51,199 bases of DNA from a candidate division WOR-3 bacterium (GCA_014859085.1 JACUUY010000003.1:1-51199); one strand, 5' to 3'. Positions 28,362-38,240 are shown, counted from the stretch's first letter. Made by a program: numbers and translations. Notes: generated from the letters alone by a model not told the origin.

Positions 28362-30603
28362 GGGTATTGTTCAGGGTGTCGGTTTCCGGCCCTTTATCTA
28401 CCGTCTCGCCCGTGAATCGGGACTCAAGGGTATGGTCCGTAACACGACGACCGGCGTCGAGATCGAGATCGAAGGCCCGCTACCGAGTACCGAACGTTTC
28501 ATTGCCGCGATCCGGGGGCAAGCGCCGCCAGCCGCGCGCATCGATGGAATTACGGCTGATTCACTTCCTTACAGAGGCTACGCGGATTTTTCGATCCGCG
28601 AGAGCAAAAGATCCCGGGGGTTCACACAGATATCGCCGGATATTGCTACGTGCCGGGACTGCCTGCGCGAAATGGAAGACCCGGCCGACCGGCGTTATGA
28701 ATTCCCTTTCATCAACTGCACGAACTGCGGCCCGCGTTATTCAATTATTAAGGGTACGCCATACGACCGGCAGCGCACTTCAATGCGCGAATTCAGGATG
28801 TGCCAGAACTGCCGCCGCGAATTCGACGATGTCGCTGACCGGCGATTCCATGCGCAGCCCGATTGCTGCCCGGCATGCGGGCCTACGTACCGGTTATATT
28901 CAATAACCGGCCGCGAGATCGCAGCGCGCGAACCGATCAAAGAAACCGCTGCACTGCTCAAAAAGGGTAGGATCGTAGCGATCAAGGGCATCGGCGGATT
29001 TCATATCGCCTGTGACGCGCAGAATTGCGAGACTGTCGCACAATTACGGCGTTTGAAAGACCGGCCGTCCAAACCGCTGGCCGTCATGGTCAGACCCGGC
29101 CTCGTCCCCGGACTCGTCCACGCCACGAAAGCCGAAATGAAAACGCTGACGTCGCCGTCGGCGCCGATCGTGCTCATGAAGAAGAAGGGTGACCGGTTGT
29201 GCGCACAGATCGCACCGGGTAACCCTTATCTCGGCGTGATGATCCCTTACTCGCCCGCCCACCATCTGCTGCTGCGGCAGATACCGTACCTCGTCATGAC
29301 GAGCGCCAATGTTCAGGACGAACCGATCGTGGACAATGCCCAAGAGGTCAGGCAACGCTTGGGTTCGCTCGTATCTTTCTATCTCGATCATGACCGGTCC
29401 ATTGAGAACCGGTGCGATGATTCGGTAGGGTTCTCTTTACCCGGCCGGGGTTTTTCGATAATCCGACGTTCCCGCGGATACGCTCCGCTGCCGGTCGAGC
29501 TGCCGGTATTGGTGAGTCCCACCCTGGCGGTCGGTCCCTATCTGAAGAACACGTTCACCCTGGCCACGGGCCGGGCTGCGTATGTCTCGCCCCATATCGG
29601 CGACCTCGACAATCTCGAGACCATGCGATTTTACGGCGACATGGTGGAAAAATACAGACGCTGGTTCCGGATCGAACCGCGCATCATCGCTCACGACCTG
29701 CACCCGGATTATCTCTCAACGAAGATCGCCCGGAGCATGGACGGTGTGAAGAAAGGCGTTCAGCATCATGCCGCGCATTTCACTTCATGTCTGGGCGAGA
29801 ACGGTATAACCGGCAATGCCATCGGTATCATCTTCGACGGCACGGGTTTTGGCACGGACGGCAGGATATGGGGCGGTGAGTTTTTTACCGGCAACCTGCA
29901 GGAACAGACACGGGTTGCGCACCTGCAGTATCTACCGCTTCCCGGCGGCGAGTCGAGCATCCGAAAACCTTATCGCATCGCTATCGCCTACGCATACGCC
30001 CTGCTGCGGAAACGGCTGGCGCCCGCCGGTGATGATGAAACGGAAATCATCCGGCAGATGATCGATACCGGGCACAACATAGTCCATACATCGAGCATGG
30101 GCCGGCTCTTCGACTGCATATCGGCGCTGCTCGGCATAACGACAGAAATAACGTATGAAGCAGAAGCGGCGATCAACCTTGAACATGTTGCCGACCAGAA
30201 GACGAAGGGCCATTTTCCCTTTGTAGTAAGAGACGGCCGACCCATGACCATCGAGGTCGAGGACACGCTGCGCGCGATAGTCGGCGCGATAAATAAGAAT
30301 GTTCCCAAAGCGAAGATAGCCGCCAGATTCCATAACACGATAGCCGAATTCTCCTGCAACGTTGCCAACCGGCTGAGAAAGATGCACGGTCTGACAACGG
30401 TCTGCCTTTCGGGCGGTGTATTCCAGAACCGCTATCTCCTGACCCTGATGATCGAACGCCTGGAAAAAGACGGATTCCGGGTTCACACGCACCGGCAGCT
30501 CCCGACCAACGACGGTTGCATATCATACGGACAGGTGCTCGCCGCCAATGCAGAAACAGAAGACAAAATGACATTACAGCGCCCGTGCACGAACACCAAC
30601 TGA
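28333..30603 (+). CDS. hypF: Carbamoyltransferase HypF
   Basis: GIVQGVGFRPF, CTNCGPRY, RRFHAQP, KGIGGFH, HDLHPDY, QHH.AH, DGTGFG, NDGCISYGQ. Start at ATG 28333. Confidence 0.96.
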   Translation: MPGRRRIHVRGIVQGVGFRPFIYRLARESGLKGMVRNTTTGVEIEIEGPLPSTERFIAAIRGQAPPAARIDGITADSLPYRGYADFSIRESKRSRGFTQISPDIATCRDCLREMEDPADRRYEFPFINCTNCGPRYSIIKGTPYDRQRTSMREFRMCQNCRREFDDVADRRFHAQPDCCPACGPTYRLYSITGREIAAREPIKETAALLKKGRIVAIKGIGGFHIACDAQNCETVAQLRRLKDRPSKPLAVMVRPGLVPGLVHATKAEMKTLTSPSAPIVLMKKKGDRLCAQIAPGNPYLGVMIPYSPAHHLLLRQIPYLVMTSANVQDEPIVDNAQEVRQRLGSLVSFYLDHDRSIENRCDDSVGFSLPGRGFSIIRRSRGYAPLPVELPVLVSPTLAVGPYLKNTFTLATGRAAYVSPHIGDLDNLETMRFYGDMVEKYRRWFRIEPRIIAHDLHPDYLSTKIARSMDGVKKGVQHHAAHFTSCLGENGITGNAIGIIFDGTGFGTDGRIWGGEFFTGNLQEQTRVAHLQYLPLPGGESSIRKPYRIAIAYAYALLRKRLAPAGDDETEIIRQMIDTGHNIVHTSSMGRLFDCISALLGITTEITYEAEAAINLEHVADQKTKGHFPFVVRDGRPMTIEVEDTLRAIVGAINKNVPKAKIAARFHNTIAEFSCNVANRLRKMHGLTTVCLSGGVFQNRYLLTLMIERLEKDGFRVHTHRQLPTNDGCISYGQVLAANAETEDKMTLQRPCTNTN

Positions 30604-31997
30604 CCAGGATCCGCGAATCCGGTCCGACGCAAGTGTGGTACATGCTCGTCCTTGCCGCGTGTTTTGTCGGTTCACGCTTGCCCATGCTCTTTCTGGGGTT
30701 TGGGCTGGATCCCGATGCCTGGCGTATCGCAAATACCTCATTCGATCTGAGATACCATCTAGCCTACCATACGTCCCGCTTCCCCGGTTATCCGGTACCC
30801 GAATTCGTGAACTCATTAGCCATTACCCGCGGCTGGGCTGCAACCAATACCCTGACCATGCTTCTATCGCTTGTTTCAGTCTTCATTCTCGAGCGTATCG
30901 CCGGGATCCTGGCCATCCGGAACCGGAACCTCTTGATATTCACCTACGCTTTTCTGCCCATACTCTGGATCAACAGCACGAATACCATGGATTACATGTG
31001 GTCGCTCTGTTTCATACTGCTCACCTGGCTCCTCATTTTGAAGCACAGGTGGCTTGTGGCCGGCATCGCAATGGGACTGGCAATAGGTTCCCGTCCGCAG
31101 GCTGCGATACTTGCTCTACCCTTCATCTACCTGTGCTACAGTATCAGCGGCGGCAAGAGAAGAACCATTGAATTTCTCGTGTCATCCGTGATCACGACAT
31201 TCTTGCTCTTTGCGCCGCTGGTATCAACCTATGGACTCTCGTTCGTCAAAGCGTATCCGGTAAGTACCGACGTGTTACAAATAGGCTACATGGCGATCAG
31301 ACATTTCGGGTTACCGGCGATCTCCATGTTGATATTAACCGTTCTGCTGTCCTACAGGGATCTGCACAACACCGTTGCGCAGCATAACACAAGAGATGTC
31401 TTTTTCCTACTCGCTCTCCTGCTGGCGCTCGCTTCCTTCATCGCCATAGACGGCCATGTCGAGTACGTGATAATCTTCATTCCCTTCGCACTCATGTTCA
31501 TCTATCAGACCTGCAGAAGGCCGCTGCTGATCATCCTGAGCGTGCTGCTCATATCTCACGCGTTCATCACGGTCGGGAGCTTCAAACACCTCGGCGAAAA
31601 ACGGCTGCAAGTCAGGATTTTCGGTCCAGGCGCGATATTCAACAACATCGAAGCGCGCCGGACGCAGCTATCCTATGGACGCGAACTCGCGAATACAGAT
31701 ATTCCCGCGCGGAGCGTGGTAATTGCCGGCACATGGCTGCCGGTCCTGGCAAATCTTGACGCGGACGTATCATCATGCGCCGGGGCAAAGCGGATGTACG
31801 ACTGCAACCGGCCGCGCGCCGGCGTGCGGGACTTCAACCGCGACGTCTGTTACAGATACCTGGCCGGCATCGACGAGATCGCGGCGATGAAGAACGATAA
31901 CTATCATATTTTCTACATTGACGGCGCAGTGGAACTCACGGCGCGCACATACGGGTTCGACCTCGCTCTCCACGCGATGCGTCTGTCAACAGAATAA
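30585..31997 (+). CDS. Polytopic membrane protein, GT-C (ArnT/PMT-like) glycosyltransferase candidate; start uncertain
   Basis: About 10 TM, luminal DPDA after TM1, RFPGYP, GLAIGSR, soluble C-terminal tail. Confidence 0.6.
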   Translation: MHEHQLTRIRESGPTQVWYMLVLAACFVGSRLPMLFLGFGLDPDAWRIANTSFDLRYHLAYHTSRFPGYPVPEFVNSLAITRGWAATNTLTMLLSLVSVFILERIAGILAIRNRNLLIFTYAFLPILWINSTNTMDYMWSLCFILLTWLLILKHRWLVAGIAMGLAIGSRPQAAILALPFIYLCYSISGGKRRTIEFLVSSVITTFLLFAPLVSTYGLSFVKAYPVSTDVLQIGYMAIRHFGLPAISMLILTVLLSYRDLHNTVAQHNTRDVFFLLALLLALASFIAIDGHVEYVIIFIPFALMFIYQTCRRPLLIILSVLLISHAFITVGSFKHLGEKRLQVRIFGPGAIFNNIEARRTQLSYGRELANTDIPARSVVIAGTWLPVLANLDADVSSCAGAKRMYDCNRPRAGVRDFNRDVCYRYLAGIDEIAAMKNDNYHIFYIDGAVELTARTYGFDLALHAMRLSTE

Positions 31998-32005
31998 CGC
32001 AACCG

Positions 32006-32033
32006 TTGATTCATGAGAATGAATGTGTATAAT
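32006..32033 (+). promoter_or_regulatory. Sigma70-type promoter for hypC and the downstream gene
   Basis: TTGATT(32006-32011)-N16-TATAAT(32028-32033). GGAG SD at 32045. Confidence 0.65.
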
Positions 32034-32056
32034 ATACGGACTATGGAGTCTGCGAC

Positions 32057-32275
32057 ATGTGTTTAGGCGTGGTCGGCCGGATCGACGAGATCCGCGGCGA
32101 TACCGCAATGGCCGAGATCCTCGGGGTCAGGCGCGAGATCTCCATTGTCCTTGTCCCGGAAGCAAAGATCAATGACTACGTGATGATCCACGCCGGTTTT
32201 GCGATCAACCTGATGGACGAGGAAGATGCCCGTGAAACCGAAAAATTGATCATCGAAGTATTGAAACATTCGTGA
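32057..32275 (+). CDS. hypC: Hydrogenase assembly chaperone HypC
   Basis: MCLGV.G, DYVMIHAGFAI, DEEDARET. Confidence 0.96.
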   Translation: MCLGVVGRIDEIRGDTAMAEILGVRREISIVLVPEAKINDYVMIHAGFAINLMDEEDARETEKLIIEVLKHS

Positions 32276-32306
32276 TGGACTGGCACCCCCGGCCCGTCTT
32301 CGGCAT

Positions 32307-33593
32307 ATGAACAGCACGCTGGCTTCAATCCTGCTCCTGCTGAGCAGCGACTTCCCGATCTCCGCGCAGATCGAATCCCAGCACCGCCCGGTCGTCCTCT
32401 TCGCAGACGATCTATTCTATGCGTTCTGGCAGGACCTCCGCTTCTACCCTTCTGACCGTTCAACATTTGGAGCGCGCGTCACCCAGCAAGGAGGTGTCCT
32501 CGATACGAACGGCGTTCTCATAATGCGGGACCGGACGATCAGTGCCGATGCCGCTTACGACGGCACGAATTTCCTTATCGTCGTCCAGGACAGTTGTTGA
32601 AACATGTCCGATGTATTCGGCGTGCGGGTCACGGCCGATCTCAATATTCTCGATTCCCTGATAATCATCTGCAACAACGCCAGCGGGCAGACCGAGCCGG
32701 CCGTGGTCTGGGCCGGCCAGAACTACTTCGTGACCTATCTCGATGCTGTTTTTGAGAACCGCGGCGGGACGGTTATGGTCCAACGCGTGAGCCCGCAGGG
32801 AGTGGTCCTCGGCAGCGGCGCGAACATCGGCCAGGGCGATTACCGTCCAGGGATCGCATATGACGGAGTTCGCTGTCTCATTGTCTGGTGCCCGGAGTAC
32901 CTTGGGGTGAAGGGACGGTTCGTCAATACAGGTGGCGAGCCCGACGGTCCCGTGTTCGATATCACCGCATTGCAGGCAAGTTCAGCTATGCCCGCCGTGA
33001 AATTCGGCAGTCAGGGCTATCTTGTCGTCTGGGCCGATTTCTCTCCCGGCGGTACGGACCTGGATATTTACGGCCAGATCATCACGGCCAGTGGAATGCT
33101 CGCCGGCGACCGGTTCCGGATCGCCGATGGGCAAGCGATTCAGAGTTCGCCGGCCATTGCCTTCGACGGAACGACCGGCGAATTCTTCGTTGTCTGGGTG
33201 GAGAACAACGAGCATATCTGCGGCCGCGCTGTATCCGCAAACGGGGTATTGACCGGTACGGTGTTCACCGTATCGAACACCACGCCGTACCCGCGCCAGT
33301 ATCCTTCGGCCGTTGCCGGCATGGCGTCGTTCCTCGTCGCCTGGAGCGAATTCCACGTCGATTTTGATGTCTACGGCAATGTGGATATAAACGTCGGCAT
33401 AGGTGAAGGCGAACCGGAGCGTCGCGTGGAGACCCTGCCCGCCACAAGCAGCCTGTTACGGGATCACCTGAGCGGTGAGAAGACACTGTACGACATCATG
33501 GGCCGGCGCGTGACCGGCGCGTATATCGGTCCGGGCGTATATTTCCTGGAAGACGAGAACTGCCGGCTGCAGAAAGTGATCGTGATCCGGTAA
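32307..33593 (+). CDS. Secreted beta-repeat protein with T9SS-like CTD and an in-frame UGA at codon 98 (candidate Cys-Sec selenoprotein, 428 aa)
   Basis: ORFs 32307-32600 and 32604-33593 share one frame, separated only by TGA-AAC. The repeat unit (P.[IV]A[FY]DG..[FY]LVVW....D[IV][FY]G) runs straight through the stop. SECIS-like hairpin follows. Confidence 0.7.
32617..32638 (+). promoter_or_regulatory. Putative bacterial SECIS element
   Basis: UCGGCGUG-CGGGU-CACG(G)CCGA: 8-bp stem with one bulge and a G-rich apical loop starting 24 nt after the UGA. Confidence 0.55.
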
Positions 33594-33603
33594 CGGCCGA
33601 TCG

Positions 33604-34356
33604 TCAACCCGGCTCGATGATCCGGCGTACGATCTCGGGCAAGGCCTTGCCCGCTTTTGCCCGAAGCGACAGGTCAACGATGGACGTGATGGGCGTGGGT
33701 TCGGGGTTTATCTCTATGGTCTTTATCCCCTGTTCCCTGACAAATCCGGGGATCGCGGCCGCGGGCCAGACCACACCCGACGTTCCACAGAACAATGCGG
33801 CCTGCGCCTCCTTCAGGAAATCGACGCTTTCCTGCCAGACGTCGGAAGGTATCGCTTCGCCGAACCAGACCACATCGGGCCGCAAGAGTCCGCCGCACGC
33901 GCACTCAGGGAGTGAACGCGCGGCGTCTTCCTCGATCGTATGCGGGACCTTCCGGCCGCACCTGCAGCATCTTGCGCGGAAAATATTCCCGTGAAGTTCG
34001 AGCACGCGGCGCGAGCCGGCGCGAAAGTGAAGGTTATCCACGTTCTGGGTCAGAAGAAGAAACCGCTCAAAGCGCGCTTCCAATGCAACGAGGGCACGGT
34101 GCGCGGCATTGGGCTGCGCTTTCAGAATGATCCCCTGTCGCCAGTGATACCATGCCCAGACGAGAGCCGGGTCCTTGCTGAATGCTTCCGGCGTGGCAAG
34201 ATCCGCGGCCGAGTAATTGCGCCACAGGCCATCCGCGCCGCGGAACGTCGGAACGCCGCTCTCAGCCGACACCCCGGCGCCGGTCATTACGAATAAAGAA
34301 AGGGCCTGCCGCAGGACCTCAGCGGCCCGCTCGTATTGCTCGCTGGTCGTATCCAA
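33604..34356 (-). CDS. cobB: NAD-dependent deacylase (class III sirtuin)
   Basis: GAGVSAESGVPTFRG, PNAAH, TQNVDNLH, ELHGNI, RPDVVWFGE, GTSGVVWPAA. Confidence 0.95.
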   Translation of the reverse strand: MDTTSEQYERAAEVLRQALSLFVMTGAGVSAESGVPTFRGADGLWRNYSAADLATPEAFSKDPALVWAWYHWRQGIILKAQPNAAHRALVALEARFERFLLLTQNVDNLHFRAGSRRVLELHGNIFRARCCRCGRKVPHTIEEDAARSLPECACGGLLRPDVVWFGEAIPSDVWQESVDFLKEAQAALFCGTSGVVWPAAAIPGFVREQGIKTIEINPEPTPITSIVDLSLRAKAGKALPEIVRRIIEPG

Positions 34357-34392
34357 GATGTACCGCGCCGCCTGACTGCGGCAGTGTGGACG

Positions 34393-34986
34393 TTAAAACT
34401 TGTAGTACAAGCCGATCCGGTTGCCACCGGTATCGAAGCCGAACCTTTCCTGCCGGCTGAAGAGAAGGATGTCGACCACGGACACGACCCGGTTTATGAT
34501 GGCGAATCCCGGCATGAACGAAGCGCGCCTCCAGTGCTCGCGCGCCTGCCTGCGCTTCTCCCAGTACTGGCTGCGGCTGGCCAGGCTGTCCCACAGCCAT
34601 TCGTCTTCGCCGTAATATGAATTGGCTTCAATGTATTCCTGCTGCAGTTCTAGATTGTTCGGGAAAAACCAGCTCGCGTACCTTTCGACCATTAGATTGT
34701 GGTCGGCGGCCGACAGATAGGTTTCGAGGTCGTCGAAATAACGGTCATCACGGCGCGCGGGGTTGGCGCCGGCATGGTCGATGGCATACACCCGCGCCGA
34801 ACCGTCGATCCGGTCTCCCCAGTAATTGAAGCCGAAATACGATAACCAGATCGCCCCTTCGACCGCGAAGAAAGTCTGGGCCCTGGAACGGTCGCCCTGG
34901 ATCATTTGTCCCAGACCGGGGACCATGACCGATGCGATCACCGGATTTAAGCCCTGGACCACGATGAGTGAGATGCCTAAAAGCAC
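34393..34986 (-). CDS. Hypothetical membrane/secreted protein
   Basis: SVMVPGLGQ helix-entry motif, C-terminal IGLYYKF. In operon between the M6 protease and cobB. Confidence 0.6.
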   Translation of the reverse strand: MLLGISLIVVQGLNPVIASVMVPGLGQMIQGDRSRAQTFFAVEGAIWLSYFGFNYWGDRIDGSARVYAIDHAGANPARRDDRYFDDLETYLSAADHNLMVERYASWFFPNNLELQQEYIEANSYYGEDEWLWDSLASRSQYWEKRRQAREHWRRASFMPGFAIINRVVSVVDILLFSRQERFGFDTGGNRIGLYYKF

Positions 34987-34995
34987 AAGACCCCC

Positions 34996-37900
34996 TTATT
35001 TGAGAACGGCAAATTTCTTGAATTTAACTTCGCTCTTGCCCGCATTCTGCGCTTTGACGCGGAGTATGTACAATCCATTCGATTGTCTCGTGAAGTCGAA
35101 TTCCACTTCATTGTATTCGTTATGCGTCGTGTTGGACAACGTGACCTCCCCGAGCGAGCGGCCCGTTATGTCAAGGATCTCGACCGTAACGTCGGCCGCT
35201 TGATTCAGGAAGAACCGCGCGCGGCCTGTGTTCTTGACCGGTGAAGGATACATCTGGATCACGCCCAGTAAGGTGCTGGCGATCTGGACCGGTGACAGTT
35301 CACCCTCAAAATACCCCGCATTGTTCGGCGCGTTCATATACCCTTTCCATGACGCGCGTGTTCCGGGAAAATCATAGGCATAGAGTTTGCCGTGATCACT
35401 GCCGCAAATGAGTTCCATGTCGCCGTCGCCGTCTAGGTCCACGATCACGCCCGGGCTGGAGAACCCGCCCGCTCCAAAGAGTGGCGAGAAATTGAACTCG
35501 GTCTTTCGGTCATTGATGATCTTTATGCACCCGGTGGACAGCGGATCTGAATTCGCGAGGCCGAAGATGATCTCCTCCCGGCCGCTGTTGTCCAGGTCCG
35601 CGACCAGCAGCGGGTACAGTATGTGGTCATCGTAGTGCACGGGGAATTCATTCACCAGGGTGCCGTTCCGGTTCGTAACATAAAGCGTCCGGCTGCTGTT
35701 GGGCATGATGATCTCGAGGTACCCGTCGTTATCGATATCGGCCAGCGCCGGAGTGTAGTAGAAAACAGTATCGATCAGGATATCGAACTTCGTCTTCAAC
35801 TCGTTCTCGCCGAAGATGTATATCGTCCCGTAGCCGTTGATGATCACTGCCTCGTTCTCGCCGTCCCGGTCAAGATCACCGACGACCGGCGACGCATATG
35901 TCAGCATGTTGTGACTTGCCTCGGTGAACTCGCGGATAATACCCTGGCCATCGAGCAACCAGAACCGGCCGTCTGAACCCAACACGCCCACCTTGCGGCC
36001 AGCCGCGCTGAAGACGCAGGGCGTCGAGAGCAACTCGGTATTGAGAAAGACCGGATAATAGGGTATGTTGCTGCCGTTGTCGGTAAGAGCATAGAGATTG
36101 CGGTCCTTGCTGCCGAATATTATCTCCGACTTGCCATCACCGTCGAGGTCAAAGATGAGCGGCGCGCCAGTGATCGCGTTCCCGGCCGTGAAAGGGAAGC
36201 TTGGCAGCGGCACGAGGTCCAGGCCGCTCAGGCACACCATGTTCAGACCCGAGCCGAAAGCGATGTCATCGGCGTTGTCACCATTGACGTCACCGACCGC
36301 GAGGAAGGTCGTGATCGAGCCGACGTAGCGGCTGGCGTAGAGCGTACCATCGTTCCGGTACGCATGGACCCGGCCACCGGCCGTGGCGACGATGATCTCC
36401 ATATCGCCGTCACCGTCCAGGTCACCGTAGGTCACATCCGTGATCGCAACACCGTTCTGCACCACGAGCGGAAATCCGGCCTGATAGATGTCGAACCCGA
36501 CCGAGATCCGCATCATCGTATCGAGCGGCGACAGCACTTCGATATTGAGCATCGATTTGCCGTAGTAGGAGTCGGAGTTCGGAATGGTGAACGGCCCGAA
36601 TTTGCGGTTCGCCTTGTTGCTGTCGTCGGCAAAAAAGAGGTCATACCTGGAACCGTAGTATTCCAGCGAGTCGCCGAAGTAATAAGCATCGAAGTGCTGT
36701 ATGCCGTCGGCTTCTTCCAGATCTATCCCCTTGTGCTGGGGGTTGATCTGTATCGTGTTCGTCGCGTAGTGGGCATTGATGACATTGTCGTCGATATGCC
36801 AGATCGCGATGCCGCTCGCCGGCAGGAAGAAATCGAACTCGCCGTCCTCGACATAGATCGGAACACCGTCCTCGGCATCGATGATGATCGTGTCCTTGCG
36901 TGTCACGTCCTGCTGGCGGTTCTCAATGAGGAAAAATTCGGTCGGTGAGATCGGTACCTTGATCATGGTCTGGTCCACGACGCCGTACTGCGTGGTGTCG
37001 ATGGACGATGCGCGGATCGCAAGCAGGCTCTCAGGGCTCGTGACGACCAGGGGATTGACCCAGCCCAGCGCGTACCTTGTCCAGGCGCCCATGTTGGCGG
37101 GTATCGACCCCTCTGGAGCACCGGCTGCCGGGCTGCCGACCCAGCCACCTGTACCCATCAGATCGAAGGCACCGACGCCGTTCGACCATCCCGTGATATC
37201 GTAAAGATCGGGCAGATTGAGGATATGCCCGAACTCATGGATCACCGTGCCCGCGGCGCCGACCATGTACTGGTCGACGCGTGCCATCTCCGCATTGATA
37301 CTGACCGGAAAGTCGATCGTGTCCGCGCCCCCGTTTGCCAGGATATACGGCACGCCGAGGTAGAACTCGAGCGCACCGGGGGGTATCGTCGCCGAGGGTA
37401 TATCGCAGAATCTCATAAAATTGATGCTGGTCTGCCACTGGGTTCCGGCGTGGAAGATTACGATCGCGTCGTACGCGGAGAAATCGACCGTCTCGTCCTG
37501 GTCCGCGGCGGCGACCGCGTCGGCGAGGATCCGGACGAGGCCCATTTCCATGGCGTATACATTGTAGTAGACGAAGCCATTGTCCGCGTCGTATTCGACG
37601 AACCCGCTGTAGTAGCGCATCTCGTGCGGTAACTGGTAGCTTGCCAGGTTATGATCGGGTTTGACCGTGCAGGTGACGTTGCAGTTGCCGAATGAATTGA
37701 CCTTGTAATAGTTGCTCAGGAATTGCATCTGCCGCTCGAAATAAACGCCGGTATGCGGCGGATCGTAATAGAGACCGTCATCGGATGTGCCGTATCCGGT
37801 CAGGTCCATTTTGCCGTTTCCGGTCGTATACGTATGATCATCCTCTACGAATTCGACCTTCAAGACCAGGATATTAAGGTCCTGCCGGCCCCTCGTGGGC

Positions 37901-38106
37901 GAGGGCAAAGGAAAATCGCGGAACAACCTGAGATTCGTAAACCGCTGAACCGGTATGCTGCGGCTCCCCAACTCCGAAGAGAATTGCAGCGTGAGATTCG
38001 CAACGGGCGGCGTTTGCGGCACCGGATGCTGCCCATCCCGCGTCAAAAGGACCGGCGCGGCATAACCCGTCCACGACACCAGCACCAAAGCCAATGCTAC
38101 CTTCAA
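34996..38106 (-). CDS. M6 (immune inhibitor A-like) metalloprotease with FG-GAP repeats and T9SS-like CTD
   Basis: IFHAG, HEFGHILNLPDLYD, FDLMGTG, FLIENRQ, multiple DLDGDG repeats, CTD YPSP..ILDITGR..GLYILRV..KFAVLK. TTG start with GGAGG SD. Confidence 0.9.
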   Translation of the reverse strand: MKVALALVLVSWTGYAAPVLLTRDGQHPVPQTPPVANLTLQFSSELGSRSIPVQRFTNLRLFRDFPLPSPTRGRQDLNILVLKVEFVEDDHTYTTGNGKMDLTGYGTSDDGLYYDPPHTGVYFERQMQFLSNYYKVNSFGNCNVTCTVKPDHNLASYQLPHEMRYYSGFVEYDADNGFVYYNVYAMEMGLVRILADAVAAADQDETVDFSAYDAIVIFHAGTQWQTSINFMRFCDIPSATIPPGALEFYLGVPYILANGGADTIDFPVSINAEMARVDQYMVGAAGTVIHEFGHILNLPDLYDITGWSNGVGAFDLMGTGGWVGSPAAGAPEGSIPANMGAWTRYALGWVNPLVVTSPESLLAIRASSIDTTQYGVVDQTMIKVPISPTEFFLIENRQQDVTRKDTIIIDAEDGVPIYVEDGEFDFFLPASGIAIWHIDDNVINAHYATNTIQINPQHKGIDLEEADGIQHFDAYYFGDSLEYYGSRYDLFFADDSNKANRKFGPFTIPNSDSYYGKSMLNIEVLSPLDTMMRISVGFDIYQAGFPLVVQNGVAITDVTYGDLDGDGDMEIIVATAGGRVHAYRNDGTLYASRYVGSITTFLAVGDVNGDNADDIAFGSGLNMVCLSGLDLVPLPSFPFTAGNAITGAPLIFDLDGDGKSEIIFGSKDRNLYALTDNGSNIPYYPVFLNTELLSTPCVFSAAGRKVGVLGSDGRFWLLDGQGIIREFTEASHNMLTYASPVVGDLDRDGENEAVIINGYGTIYIFGENELKTKFDILIDTVFYYTPALADIDNDGYLEIIMPNSSRTLYVTNRNGTLVNEFPVHYDDHILYPLLVADLDNSGREEIIFGLANSDPLSTGCIKIINDRKTEFNFSPLFGAGGFSSPGVIVDLDGDGDMELICGSDHGKLYAYDFPGTRASWKGYMNAPNNAGYFEGELSPVQIASTLLGVIQMYPSPVKNTGRARFFLNQAADVTVEILDITGRSLGEVTLSNTTHNEYNEVEFDFTRQSNGLYILRVKAQNAGKSEVKFKKFAVLK

Positions 38107-38240
38107 GATTACCTCCAGCCTGTTACACAGTAAACTAATAGAATCCTGATCAATTCTTCGCCCACCAACACTTTCCCATTATCACCGACGGTCGAGTTGT
38201 GCTAACCACTCCCCTCTTGCGGAGCGTTTCGCCCGGAACA

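Noticed and set aside
38107-38235. c-di-GMP or other known riboswitch
   Set aside because: The GGGCGAAAC start is only superficially similar; the remaining consensus elements are absent.
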